A DNA stretch of 64,000 nt, taken from the NCBI RefSeq assembly GCF_037042905.1, contig NC_087254.1, positions 4,340,001-4,404,000 of the forward strand, written 5' to 3'. Shown here piece after piece: positions 1 to 11,094 of this stretch. Source of the stretch: Lytechinus pictus (lineage: Eukaryota). A program made the translations under genes and the position numbers. The notes under the pieces are model-generated. The model searched no databases, was not told the DNA's origin, and worked only from the letters and a program-made list of their open reading frames with translations. The first letter of the stretch is position 1; every line of letters starts with the position of its first letter.

Positions 1-320
1 GATGAGTGCATTTGATATAAATTGCTGCAACTTATTTCATCATAGAGGAGACAGGTTATTCACACATGAATGAAAAAATGAAACAATTATTATTTCTGTA
101 ATAACATATGAAAAAGGAAAGTGGGGATGTGACATCATCAGCCCACCTAATGAATATTAATGATGATGTGTATTTAACTATTGCCATAAAATAATGCTAA
201 ATTTTAAAATTCAATAACTTCATTATTTGTTATCCGATTTTGATAAAATTTTCAGCACTTTGTTTCGTGAATTTTACTCTTTTTATTAAGATATGAATAT
301 TTTCAGCCCGGAGTATCCCT
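1..320. mobile_element. Kolobok-like non-autonomous element (truncated by window edge)
   Basis: Ends ...CCCGGAGTATCCCT followed by TTAA (321-324). Homologous to copies at 52322-52760 and 63296-63646 (shared ATCCGATTTTGATRAAATTTTCAGC block). Confidence 0.6.
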
Positions 321-448
321 TTAAAAATTTTGAACAGCGTGATCACTGGGAAGATTTTCATGAATCTTCTTGACAAATCTGCTCTGAGCCAATGAGATGC
401 AAGGATTTCAATAACTTGTAACAAAACAGTATGTTTTATCGAAGGCAT

Positions 449-2226
449 CCCAGGACCAAAATCCAGTTAAAACCAATTAGGGCAAAACCAATTGAAACCA
501 GTTGGCCAACTGGTTTCAATAGGGAAATTGGAACAACTGGTTCCAATTGAAAACCAGTTGCCAATTGGTTCCAGTTAAAAACCAATTGAAAACCAGTTGC
601 CAATTGTTGTCAATTGGTTCCAGTTGTTCCAATTTCCCTATTAAAACCAATTGAATCCAAATTGGAGGCAACTGGTTTCAATTGGTTCCAGTTGAAACCA
701 ATTGGAGGCAACTGGTTTCAACTGGAACCAGTTGAAACCAATTGGTTTCCAACTGGATCCAATTGGAACTTCCAGTTGGAACGAACTTAATTAGTTACAA
801 ATTAATTAGCATTTGCAGTAACTATTTCTCATGCCAACACAGAAGCAGTGATATGTCTATTAATACCAATGTAAAGGGCATTGATAAAATACAGACTTTC
901 ATGTATATATATTTATATGGAAGATCTTCAAATATATGTACTTTTATTTGATGTAATTTGGTAACAGTTAGTGGTGTACTAATTATCCTTTAATCTGTTT
1001 TAATTATAATCTATAACATTTATGAACATGGTTTTCACTGCTAAGTATTCTAAATACTAATCTTTAAAAAGTGTGGTACTTGAAATTGTAAAGAATTAAA
1101 TAGATACATTGTTAATGATGATTAATCTCATAAAACATTAATCTGTGCACACTGGCAAATAATATGCAAATTAACTGGTTTCAATTGGATCCAGTTGGGT
1201 AACTGGAAAATTTCCAATTGGAAACCAATTGGAAATAATTTCCAGTTACCCAACTGGTTCCAATTAGAATTCATTTCCAGTTACCCATCTTTCCAGTTAG
1301 AAGTCATCTCAGTTACCCAATTGGTACCAGTTAGGATTTCCAGTTACACAACTGAATGGTTCAAGTTAGGATTTCCAGTTACCCAACTGGTTCCAGTTAG
1401 AAATCATTTCCAGTTGGAAGTCATTTCCAGTTACCCAACTGGTTCCAGTTAGGATTTCCAGTTGCCCAACTGGTTCCAGTTAGAAATCATTTCCAATTGG
1501 AAGTCATTTCCAGTTACCCAACTGGTTCCAGTTAGGATTTCCAGTTGCCCAACTGGTTCCAGTTGGGATTTCCAGTTACTCAACTGGTTCCAGTAAGAAA
1601 TCATTTCCAATTGGAAGTCATTTCCAGTTACCCAACTGGTTCCAGTTAGGATTTCCAGTTGCCCAACTGGTTCCAGTTGGGATTTCCAGTTACTCAACTG
1701 GTTCCAGTTAGAAATCATTTCCAGTTGGAAGTCATTTCCAGTTACCCAACTGGTTCCAGTTAGGATTTCCAGTTGCCCAACTGGTTCCAGTTAGAAATCA
1801 TTTCCAATTGGAAGTCATTTCCAGTTACCCAACTGGTTCCAGTTAGGATTTCCAGTTGCCCAACTGGTTCCAGTTGGGATTTCCAGTTACTCAACTGGTT
1901 CCAGTAAGAAATCATTTCCAATTGGAAGTCATTTCCAGTTACCCAACTGGTTCCAGTTAGGATTTCCAGTTGCCCAACTGGTTCCAGTTGGGATTTCCAG
2001 TTACTCAACTGGTTCCAGTTAGAAATCATTCCCAATTGGAAGTCATTTCCAGTTACCCAACTCACTGGTTCCAGTTAGGATTTCCAGTTGCCCAACTGGT
2101 TTCAATTGGTTTCAACTGGAAATTGTTAAATTCCAGTTAAAACCAATTGAAACCAGTTGAAACCAATTGAAACCAATTGAAACCAGTTGGAAATCCAACT
2201 GGTTTCAATTGGATTTTGGTCCTGGG
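449..2226. mobile_element. Non-autonomous CMC/EnSpm-like foldback element with subterminal satellite arrays
   Basis: TIR CCCAGGACCAAAATCCA...TGGATTTTGGTCCTGGG; 2-bp TSD AT (447-448, 2227-2228); arrays of CCAGTT/AACTGG/CAATTG motifs at ~465-780 and ~1175-2210 around a unique AT-rich core. Confidence 0.75.
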
Positions 2227-2269
2227 ATGGTCGCATGCACAGCAGATGATTAAATCAAGGCAGAGTTTC

Positions 2270-2812
2270 ATCGGTTGTATCATGGACCCACGGCCATCTT
2301 CCTGTATTCCAAAGTCAAAGGCAATGTTTCACCAAATCTGTGCACAACCATACCCTCAGAAGACATGTCAAAGGTCAAGAAACCGTTTGATCCTGGCTGG
2401 CTTTCTACGACCCCTGGCAGAACAAACTGGTGAAAACCCATTTCATCAGATGTAATGTGATGGATCCATGGTTATATTCATCTGTCTGTATTCCAGAGTC
2501 AAAGGCAATGTTTCACCAGCTCTGTGCACAACCATACCCTCAGTAGACATATCAAAGGTAAAGAAACCATTTGATCCTGGCTGGCATTCTACGACTCCTG
2601 GCAGAACTGGTGAAAACCCGTTTCATCAGATGTTATGTAATGGATCCATGGATTTATTCATCTTTCTGTATTCCAATGTCAAAGGCAATATTTCACCAGC
2701 TCTGTTCACAACCATACCCTCAGCAGACATATCAAAGGTCAAGAAATCGTTTGATCCTGGCTGGCATTCTACGACTCCTGGTAAAACAAAATGATGAATA
2801 CCTGTTTCATCA
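2270..2812 (-). repeat. ~180-bp tandem triplication of the ADPRM C-terminal coding region
   Basis: Three aligned units (~2630-2812, ~2450-2629, ~2270-2449), each encoding ...LPGVVEx QPGSN...PLTLEYR. Confidence 0.9.
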
Positions 2813-2951
2813 GTGAGGTGTCTATACTGATGAGTGTGACCGAACAATGTCGCGATGACACACTGGTTGGACTGAAGGATGGAGAGGACATCTTGGTAGT
2901 TCCACACTAGACAATCATCCAAGCTTACTTCTGGATAGATAGGTACATGGC
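2626..2951 (-). CDS. ADPRM: Mn-dependent ADP-ribose/CDP-alcohol diphosphatase, last coding exon
   Basis: Acceptor TCTCCTCGTCCAG|GC (AG at 2953-2952); phase 1 joins to give G-HVPIYPE...WNY...GHTH...GVVE; stop TGA 2628-2626. Confidence 0.9.
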
Positions 2952-3683
2952 CTGGACGAGGAGAACAAGAGGATATGTAATCATTATCTTGGGAACAGCA
3001 GGGAATTCTTTGGATAAGTCAGATATATGTAGCGTTTTGCTTCTTTTGAGCCTGCGTTATTATGATGGGATAGAGTTCATATTTTATGCAAATTTACTAA
3101 TTTTAGAAAGTTGAAAAATGAATTGAAAGCATTTAATTGCATGAAATGATGCACCTATTTGTATGAAAAATAACTACCATAAAATTCATCAAGTGTTTTT
3201 TTTCTGTTTACACAATCTTTGGATCTTTAAGTTACTGCAATAAAGACAGGAAGGGGCGAGCCGAATGAAGGGGTATTAATCAAAGTAACCCAATCAGTTG
3301 GTACACGTTATCAACTGGTAAAAAATGTCAATATCAACAGATATTCTGGTAGATTTTAATCAACAAATTTTGTTAAGCTTGACCATTTAATTTGTCGGTC
3401 GGACACGTAGTCATCAACGCATTGATTACTTTGAACAATCATTTAAAGAGTGTAGAGCCAGATAGGATCAACATAGTTGATAAAAAGAGCTGAGAGGTTT
3501 AGAAAAGCCTGTGGGGATGCATTTCAGGGAACCCTGACGGAACATCAGCCATCCAGGGGGTGTCCATACTGACCTTGATAAAAACTGGTGTGCAATTAAA
3601 TATTCATTGTCAGTGATGAACATAATTTCCAGGTTTGCTAACTGGCATAGACTGCACAGCTCTTGGCCTACATAATACCTTAC

Positions 3684-4527
3684 CAAACACAATCACTTTC
3701 TCTCGGTGGTTGAAAGCTCTGCAGAGAACGTCCTTTAGCCATTGTAACTGCCTGTTGCTGATACCGCCATTGTAACTGCAAAATCTTCGGTCTTTTCCTT
3801 CTAATCCTGAAAAGTCATTTAAGAACTGGTTTTTGTTGTGTACCTTTAATATCTTGAGAGCCGCTTCCCTTTCTGGACAGTCTACATTGGAGTAACCGAT
3901 TGTGGATATCTCAAATGTGTCAAGTAGAACAAACCTAAAACCTTTGAAAGGACTGAAGTCATAATATGCTGGTGTGGTCTCATCGGTGAATCCATGGGGA
4001 CTGACCAAATTTGTCACAGTCCCACCTTGCAAAATACGTTGGCTGGAGTCAGAACCTAACAAATTCAAGTGGGTTTCTTGACAAAGGGATCGCTTATAAG
4101 CACGTAGATGGCACTGTTCGAGGTACTTTTTTCCTGAGAAGAGAGGGGAGTTCAGAAGCTCTAGTCTCGTGAAGTTATAGAATTCATGGTTGCCCCATGC
4201 GTGGTGGAACTCGCCCTTGAACCCCGAACATTCCTTGAGGACGTTAACAAGGACTTGTCTCGACTGATCTTTCCCACCACGTGTCACATTGAAGCCATCC
4301 AACACATCCCCAAGCTGAAGAACAAAGGATGGACGCTGGCATCTTTCGTTCCAGAAATTGACAGCGTCTCCAAGATTCGAAAGCGCACCACGATAGTACC
4401 GCTTTGGAAGAGTTGGAATTTCACGGTCATCCAGGTCGCCGCACTGAACATCAGCTATTGCACCAAAGGAGAACAGCAAATCGTTGCACATATTTTGACG
4501 ATGGTAGGCCGTTCCCATCTTATTCAT
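3684..4527 (-). CDS. ADPRM: Mn-dependent ADP-ribose/CDP-alcohol diphosphatase, first coding exon (spliced product ~389 aa)
   Basis: Metallophosphoesterase motifs FSFGAIADVQ, RYYR, QLGD, GNHEFYNF, YNGG; acceptor CCTAG|GTTTC at 4607; donor TTTG|GTAAG at 3684. First usable ATG 4527 (exact start uncertain). Confidence 0.9.
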
Positions 4528-5297
4528 TATGGATCTTTTATGACCTTTCAGAATTTTGTTCAATTCTTCGGCAGAGCGCTATCGGTCCATTGTTCTTACA
4601 CCGAAACCTAGGATTGGAAAGAATATATTTGTTATTTCAAATGGTCCTTAAAACTAACAAGCCTGCAATGGCCATGATTCATTTGAAAGCTGCAACGAAC
4701 ATGTTTTTTTTAATGGTCTATTCTTTATGATCTACCTTAAAATTATACCTGAATCTATTTCCAAACTGATGAAAATTCATTATTATTTTTCATCATCACC
4801 ATCATCATTGTAATTGCTATTACTGTAATAGATGTTATTATCATTGCCATCCTGTAATATTGTTATCATCATTACACTTACATCATCATCATTACTCTCA
4901 TTATTACAAACATTACCATCATAATTGTTGTTCTTATTCATCTTCCATTATTATTATCATAGAGGCAACTTGTACTCATGATTTCAATTTGGCACTTTCA
5001 TTCTGTAATTAATTTCTAATTTAGCTACATGTAATCTCACTTCACTCATGATAAAAGAGTGAATAAGAAATCTCTTCAAGTAACCCTAAAACTTCTAAAA
5101 TATGAAATCCAACGATTTACTCGATCTTTAAGTCGACCTATTCCCATTCAGTTTCAAACCTTAAATTCCCATTAAACTGACTATCCGGGACAATACTGGA
5201 TGGAGCCTTCTTAAAAATATCATAGTATACGCAATTGTCAAAGTTTGAATGCAGTATAGGTATGTTTACAATCATTATAAAGAGTACTATGACTCAC

Positions 5298-5460
5298 CAA
5301 TACCTTCGAAAATATACCTCGATATGACATTAAAAGCAGATTGTTGTGCAAGACAATAAACTTCAAGGTAACTTACCCACTTGATCAGAGTAAACGCCAT
5401 ATTCGCGAACATGTTATTTAGCGTAGTGCGACTCTATAGCACATTGGCGGCGCCACCGTC
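5298..5460 (-). promoter_or_regulatory. Probable ADPRM promoter and non-coding first exon
   Basis: Two strong minus-strand donors (TGG|GTAAGT at 5377; TTG|GTGAGT at 5298), a YY1-like AATATGGCG motif near 5400 and local CpG enrichment. Confidence 0.5.
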
Positions 5461-5723
5461 TTGACGAAGGTCATACAACTCTCCAGGTCAACCACGCCCA
5501 CTAATCGTTGAGGCGCCATTCCATTTATGTTTTGTAGTGGCAGTGACCTCTTCAATAAGACGGTTCGCATAGAGAGGGGCGTAGTCACAGGGGGAGCAGG
5601 GAGTGGGGGGGGGGTGACCACCCTTATGATTTTTTTCAATAGACCAGTTCGTAGTAATTTCTGCATGGGCAAGTTTGTTCAAACAAGGTTTCAAATGAGA
5701 TGGAGTAACAGCATATAAAATCT

Positions 5724-6930
5724 CTTTGAACAAGGTTAAAAGCCGCCAGCAGAAAGTATGTCAGGCATGCACTTTGCTCAACATCTCTTGCAATTGTGTA
5801 GACAAATGATTCCCGCATGACTCGCAGCTATAGGTCATACATAAAGGGATATATGCTTTTGTGATGATAATTACTTTTTCTCGGCATCTTCATGATCTTG
5901 GTCTGGTTATATGAGTAGTACATAATTCGGGGCATGCGAAAATAAACTATGCAATATGTCCTGAAATATGACTCAAATTTGCTCGACTGGGCATGTGCGG
6001 GCACTCATCTGGCATATACAGTAATGAACAACAATATTCCACCGACCACATTTGAAATTTTTATTCGCCGCAAACGATCGGAAAAGTGTTAAAATCTGGT
6101 TTCAATGAAGGTCAAATTCTTTCTTTTTTCACCAATTAAAGGTTAATTGATATAGTCTGGGCAAATATGTCTTGTCGTAATATTGCTTGGTTATTGATGT
6201 TTTATCATGCATTCAAATTTCAGTTTGTTTATTAATATGAAAGATGGAAAATTGATACAAATGGATATTCGTAAAATTTTCACCCCTCGGATTTCTTCAC
6301 CGAAACTGGCGGCTTCGAAGGCGGACATCAAAAGGTCCTTATTGCCGTTCTTTCTTTTGTGCTTCTTTAGAAATGAACATCTGCTGGAATAAATTTGTTG
6401 CCTGTTGGAACTCCAGTCATAGAATCTTCGTGGTTCAAATGCCTTTTCCTTTCTTTCATTAGGATAGGCACATTCCGATGGAAATATTTTGCGAGCATGG
6501 CTGACATAGCTAGATACAGAAATGGCATCGACAACATCAATGAACACATTATGAAGGTATTTGTTGCATTTCGACTTTGAATGCATTAACATGTTGGTAT
6601 TACAATGTATAGGCCTATTTATCCAAAGGCTACAAATACCGGTTCCTAATGGACACATGGATGCCAGGGAATCGTTGATTTCCAGTGGGTATAATTCAAA
6701 ACACAATTCAAAAGATGAATTGACATTGAATAATCGAGACCACAAAGTTGGTGCTTATCTCATTGAATATTACACCACCATGTCATTTGAGTTCAATGAC
6801 GTTCTTCATGGACCTATGAGAGATGTACATTCATCGGTGACATGCATTGTCCTTGTCCTCGGAATAACTTTCTCTTCATATTTAGCTGCTTTGATCCTAT
6901 CCGGTCATATAGGCCATGAGTTGAAAGAAG
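5724..6930 (-). mobile_element. Old decayed repeat, possibly a DNA-transposase 3' remnant; 5724-6430 is repeated at 8081-8725
   Basis: Direct homology (AAGCCGCCARCAGAAASTATGTCAGGCATGCA; TTTAGAAATGAACA...GTTGGAACTCYAGTCAT). Broken minus-strand translation contains KVIPRTRTMH and MCPLG..W..RP..C. Confidence 0.35.
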
Positions 6931-7199
6931 CAAATGTCCAGTTTTCAGATCGTTAAGGCCTATATACTCAACAATTTCAGCTCACGCTTCGCGCTCTCAT
7001 CATCTGTTTAGGAAAATACCAATCATTTTCAAATAATAAAAAAAGTGAAACTGATTTTCCGTTGTAGGTCTAAATCTTAAAATAAAAATCAACCCGCACT
7101 TCACGTAATAATATAATTTTTTTAAATTGAGATACATTAATTCTTTATTAAAAACGTGCTTAAACTGTTCAGTTTTTGAGGTCGGAATACAAAAGATTG

Positions 7200-7735
7200 C
7201 AGTGCGTCCAACAAAAAAGAAACCCGTTTTCAGAGACAGATTTCACAATTATTAAATATGTGTTTACTATAAATTTGACGGTAAGAGTGAAATCTCAACT
7301 TTGATATGAGACCAACATCTTATTTCGCAAATCGTTCGCGCATGGCAGATTACAATAAGATATTGAGGCATGTCAGAAATGATTTGCACAGAAACTCACG
7401 TGTGAATCTGAATCCTCTCTCATTTGAGGGATCAGTGAATGAAACTTATAACAAAGAACATAAAAGAAATGCTAATGAACCATTGCAATCGTCGAATAAG
7501 AACGGTCGTCGTATCACGAACCAACCTTGTTCAACTTTTTTGCACAACCTGATTTTGATATTAAAATTTCAAACTCGTCTTGCTCATTAATGCGTGAAGT
7601 GTTTGTCTCATATTAGGTATCAAAATACAGGGGAATAATTGAATTGTTTCATGATGTAAATGAAATATCATATTTCATTTTCCTTTGAAGAAATGAAACG
7701 GGAATCCTGGTTTTCTTTTTATGTGGGACGCACTG
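7200..7735. mobile_element. Tc1/mariner-like MITE
   Basis: TIRs CAGTGCGTCCAACAAAAAAGAAA / TTTCTTTTTATGTGGGACGCACTG, followed by TA at the right end. Confidence 0.65.
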
Positions 7736-9734
7736 TATAGTTTTTAAATCTTTAACAAACTTTATTTTTTATGCCTATTTGTTTAAATCACTACAAGTAC
7801 TGTATTGAGCATATAATAAACAAGTTTGTATCATTTTAAACAACTTATTTACTGTGTACAGAAAAGGTCTATAAGATTGAAATATTTCATATCTATACGG
7901 ATGATGAAAGTGAATTGGTATACACTGATATAGAGCTTGTAGAGCATGAAACTATTTTACAGACATGTTTTCCAAAACATGATTGTCCAATTTCAATATT
8001 TTTATCAACCCTATTTTCATCGACTTTTAGTCATGGTAGTATCAAGGATGTTTAAATAGAAATAAAGTAACAACTAATTCCCTTTGAACCAATTTCAAAG
8101 CCGCCAACAGAAACTATGTCAGGCATGCAGTTTGCAAAAATATTACTTGCAAATGGTAGACATGGTAGACAAACAATTTCTGCAGGACAAAATGGTCATA
8201 TTGGGAGGAAATTATGTCGAAGTACTTACTTAGCTGCATCTTGGTCTGATAATAATGACTAATACATAATTCGGAAACATTTACAAGGGCATGCGAAAAG
8301 AAATCGTACAATGTTTTTTAAAATATGACTTACATTTACTGAATTATATACTTAATTCGGAAACATTTTCAGGGGCATCGAAAAGAAATGGTACAATATT
8401 TTCAAAATGTGACTTACATTTACTAAATATTATACGTGTACTAATCTGGCATAAACAACTTACATTCTAACAACCACATTTTATTTTTCATTATTGGAAA
8501 CGGTCAGAAAAAGTACAAAACAAGTGATATGAAAGATGAAGTATTAATCAAAATAATGGTTGTTTCCAAAAATATTTTTTCTATTTTTACCATGAAACTT
8601 CGCGCGGCGGACATCAAATGCGACATCATTGTCGTAGTTTTTGTGCTTCTTACTTTAGAAATGAACAGCTGCTTGGATAAATTTGTGGCTCGTCAGCACG
8701 TTGGAACTCTAGTCATAAAAACTTCTTAATAGTACAGCGCCTGAAACGAAATGCGCAAAAAATTAATCCTTTAACTAATACACAATTTAATTTGAATTAT
8801 TTAGCCAATCATGCATGCGAAAATGTGATATATTCTAGGCCATTTAATAACTGATTTCTTCTATGAAATATAATCTAAAATGTAGATGTAAGAAAGGATT
8901 ATATGCCATACTTATTAGGTTTCTGGTGCATAGCTAACGTGGTTAATCAAGAATGAGATAATTCCTCGCCACTTTTGAAAATTAAAATTTCTGAATTTAA
9001 TCCATCATGCCCTTGGATTTTATTTATAGAGAATTGGGGGAGGACTCGATAACGCTTAAGGATCAAAGCCACCCCAAATTCTGGTTTCCTTTTAATCTAC
9101 TATTTTCACCGACATTGTTTCGAAATAAGACATTGACATCTTTATTAGGTTTGGCAAGTTTTGTTGAGCTGTGGTTATATATAGGGGACCTCACCCCCGG
9201 AAGGGTCCCATCAAAGTATTTACGAGAGGTGCTGAGACCACGACCCAAGTCTTTGATGACTTTCTTTTATTTATTCACGGTAGTTACAATAATTGCAAGT
9301 CTATATGAAATGGCAACCAGCTATAGCCGAAGACACCAAAGGCTGTTTTTTCCTCTCCATTTCTTTGACCAGATATTTTTTTACATAACTTATGAAGTCT
9401 CCAAGTAGATGATCACGTGATATCAACTTATATCTAGCGCTTGAAACTTGGTTGTAGGAAATATCTTATTTGATATCTTTGAATATAAGTATGTGCACGT
9501 GGATTTTTTGTTTTTTAATGGAAGCTTGATATGTTAAGATTAAAATATTAGAATAGAAAAAAAAAATTATTACTCATCCATAGCATACATAAGATGCAAT
9601 AGCTACTGAATAAACTAGATGAGTAATCAGTGTCTGCTTGAGTGCAAGAAAAATCGATGAAACATGCTTCTTTCTAAAAAGCGGAAATAATTTGTTGTTT
9701 TGATAGATTCATCATTTAAAGTGCCGTATAAGCA

Positions 9735-9775
9735 TATATAAAGCGATTGACGATCTTGCATTGATCTAATTCAGC
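9735..9775 (+). promoter_or_regulatory. TATA box and putative initiator of GPCR copy A
   Basis: TATATAAAG at 9735-9743 with ATTCAGC ~30 bp downstream; both are conserved in the inverted copy. Confidence 0.55.
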
Positions 9776-9906
9776 GGAGCTGGTGAAGAATAGATTAGAC
9801 TTTTGCCTCGATTTAGCTGTCAAGTGTCTTCAAAGGGTTGCATATCCCGAACTTTCCACAATAAGCTCAAGAGAAGTAACGTTCGTGTCCATTATTGCTT
9901 CTAATC

Positions 9907-11094
9907 ATGCTGGCCTTGCGATATATCCTTGCTGCGTTGATTCGTGCAGTTATCATGGCTGTAGGAATCCCTGGCAATGCTCTCATCATCATCGTGTACT
10001 CGAAGAAGCAGCGGAAGTCGGGTACGGATGCTTTCATCTTGGGGCTCGCCATCACTGATTTTGTCGCCTGCGTGACTTTCTCTCTCAAAATCTACTCTTA
10101 TGTTTCGACGGAGTTCACCAACGACTTCCTGTGTAAGATGGTGTTCTTTACGCAGTACTGGACTCAATTCGTTGGGGTCTTCCTGACAGGAATCATCACC
10201 ATTGATCGGTACATCGCGGTGTGTAAACCCTTGAAGAAGAGACTGTCACCGAGGCAAGCTACCATCATTGTGTCGCTTCTATGTGCCCTTGCCATGGTCT
10301 TCGCCATACCAGCGTTGGTGTGGACAGGAGTCCAGAAATTTGGTAGGTTCGCTTCAAAGTGCACCTACAATTTCTCTGACCTGAGGATCACCAGGAATCG
10401 CCGTACGTTCACCTGGGTTTTGCAATACAGCAATGATGCCCTCTTCTATGGAACCCTGGTGATGATCATCTTAATGTATATTAGGATCTGGTTGACAGTC
10501 TACCGTAGGAGCAGAGCAAAGATTGGATGCGTCCCTTCTGACATTACTACCGTTTCTGGTCAGGTATCTAAATCAGAGCAAACCGCAGAGACATCTACTG
10601 TATCTAAACCTGACACAACGGACAATACAAATCTTGGTGACTGCAAACCAGAAAAAACAGGAACGTCAACCGACATCACTCTCCTCAATGGTTCAAACGA
10701 CAGGGATTCCTCTGGAGCAAATGGATCGGGTGAAGGAAGCTCTTCTGGAAAGATACCACTAAAACCCGACCCAAAGCCAAAAGCCAACAGTAAGCCGGGC
10801 AAGACACCGATGCAAGCAAGGGCAAGCAACAAGACCACCAAGATGATCTTCATCATCACCATAATATTCTTTGTGAGCTGGGTACCAGCCAAGTTATGGG
10901 TCTTCATCTCAAGTTCCACGTTCAAGACAAACATAAATTCAAACCAAGTTATCTACAATATCTTCTATCTCTCAACGCTCATGGTTAACATCAATCAGGC
11001 CGTCAATCCATTCGTTTACAGTTTCTGTAATGAAAACTTTCGAAAGGAATGTGTGACGCTGATGAGACACGTCAGGCAGTGCCGACTGTCATAA
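9907..11094 (+). CDS. Intronless rhodopsin-like (class A) GPCR, copy A, 395 aa
   Basis: Seven hydrophobic segments; GN (TM1), LAxxD (TM2), C-K (TM3), DRY, FFVSWVP (TM6), NPFVY (TM7). ATG 9907 aligns with the start of the paralog. Confidence 0.93.
   Translation: MLALRYILAALIRAVIMAVGIPGNALIIIVYSKKQRKSGTDAFILGLAITDFVACVTFSLKIYSYVSTEFTNDFLCKMVFFTQYWTQFVGVFLTGIITIDRYIAVCKPLKKRLSPRQATIIVSLLCALAMVFAIPALVWTGVQKFGRFASKCTYNFSDLRITRNRRTFTWVLQYSNDALFYGTLVMIILMYIRIWLTVYRRSRAKIGCVPSDITTVSGQVSKSEQTAETSTVSKPDTTDNTNLGDCKPEKTGTSTDITLLNGSNDRDSSGANGSGEGSSSGKIPLKPDPKPKANSKPGKTPMQARASNKTTKMIFIITIIFFVSWVPAKLWVFISSSTFKTNINSNQVIYNIFYLSTLMVNINQAVNPFVYSFCNENFRKECVTLMRHVRQCRLS

Noticed and set aside
1195-2065. Repetitive ORFs (MISNWNQL... 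etc.) and CRISPR-like periodicity
   Set aside because: Translations of the satellite inside a TIR element; no unique spacers, no cas genes, eukaryotic context.
2623-2628. Selenocysteine recoding of the ADPRM TGA-TGA
   Set aside because: The TGAs derive from an out-of-frame (T)CT-GAT-GAA of the repeat, do not align with Cys, and I saw no SECIS element by eye.
10560-10934. Antisense ORFs conserved in both GPCR copies (also 32726-33106)
   Set aside because: Shadow frames of the real CDS, preserved by the recent duplication.
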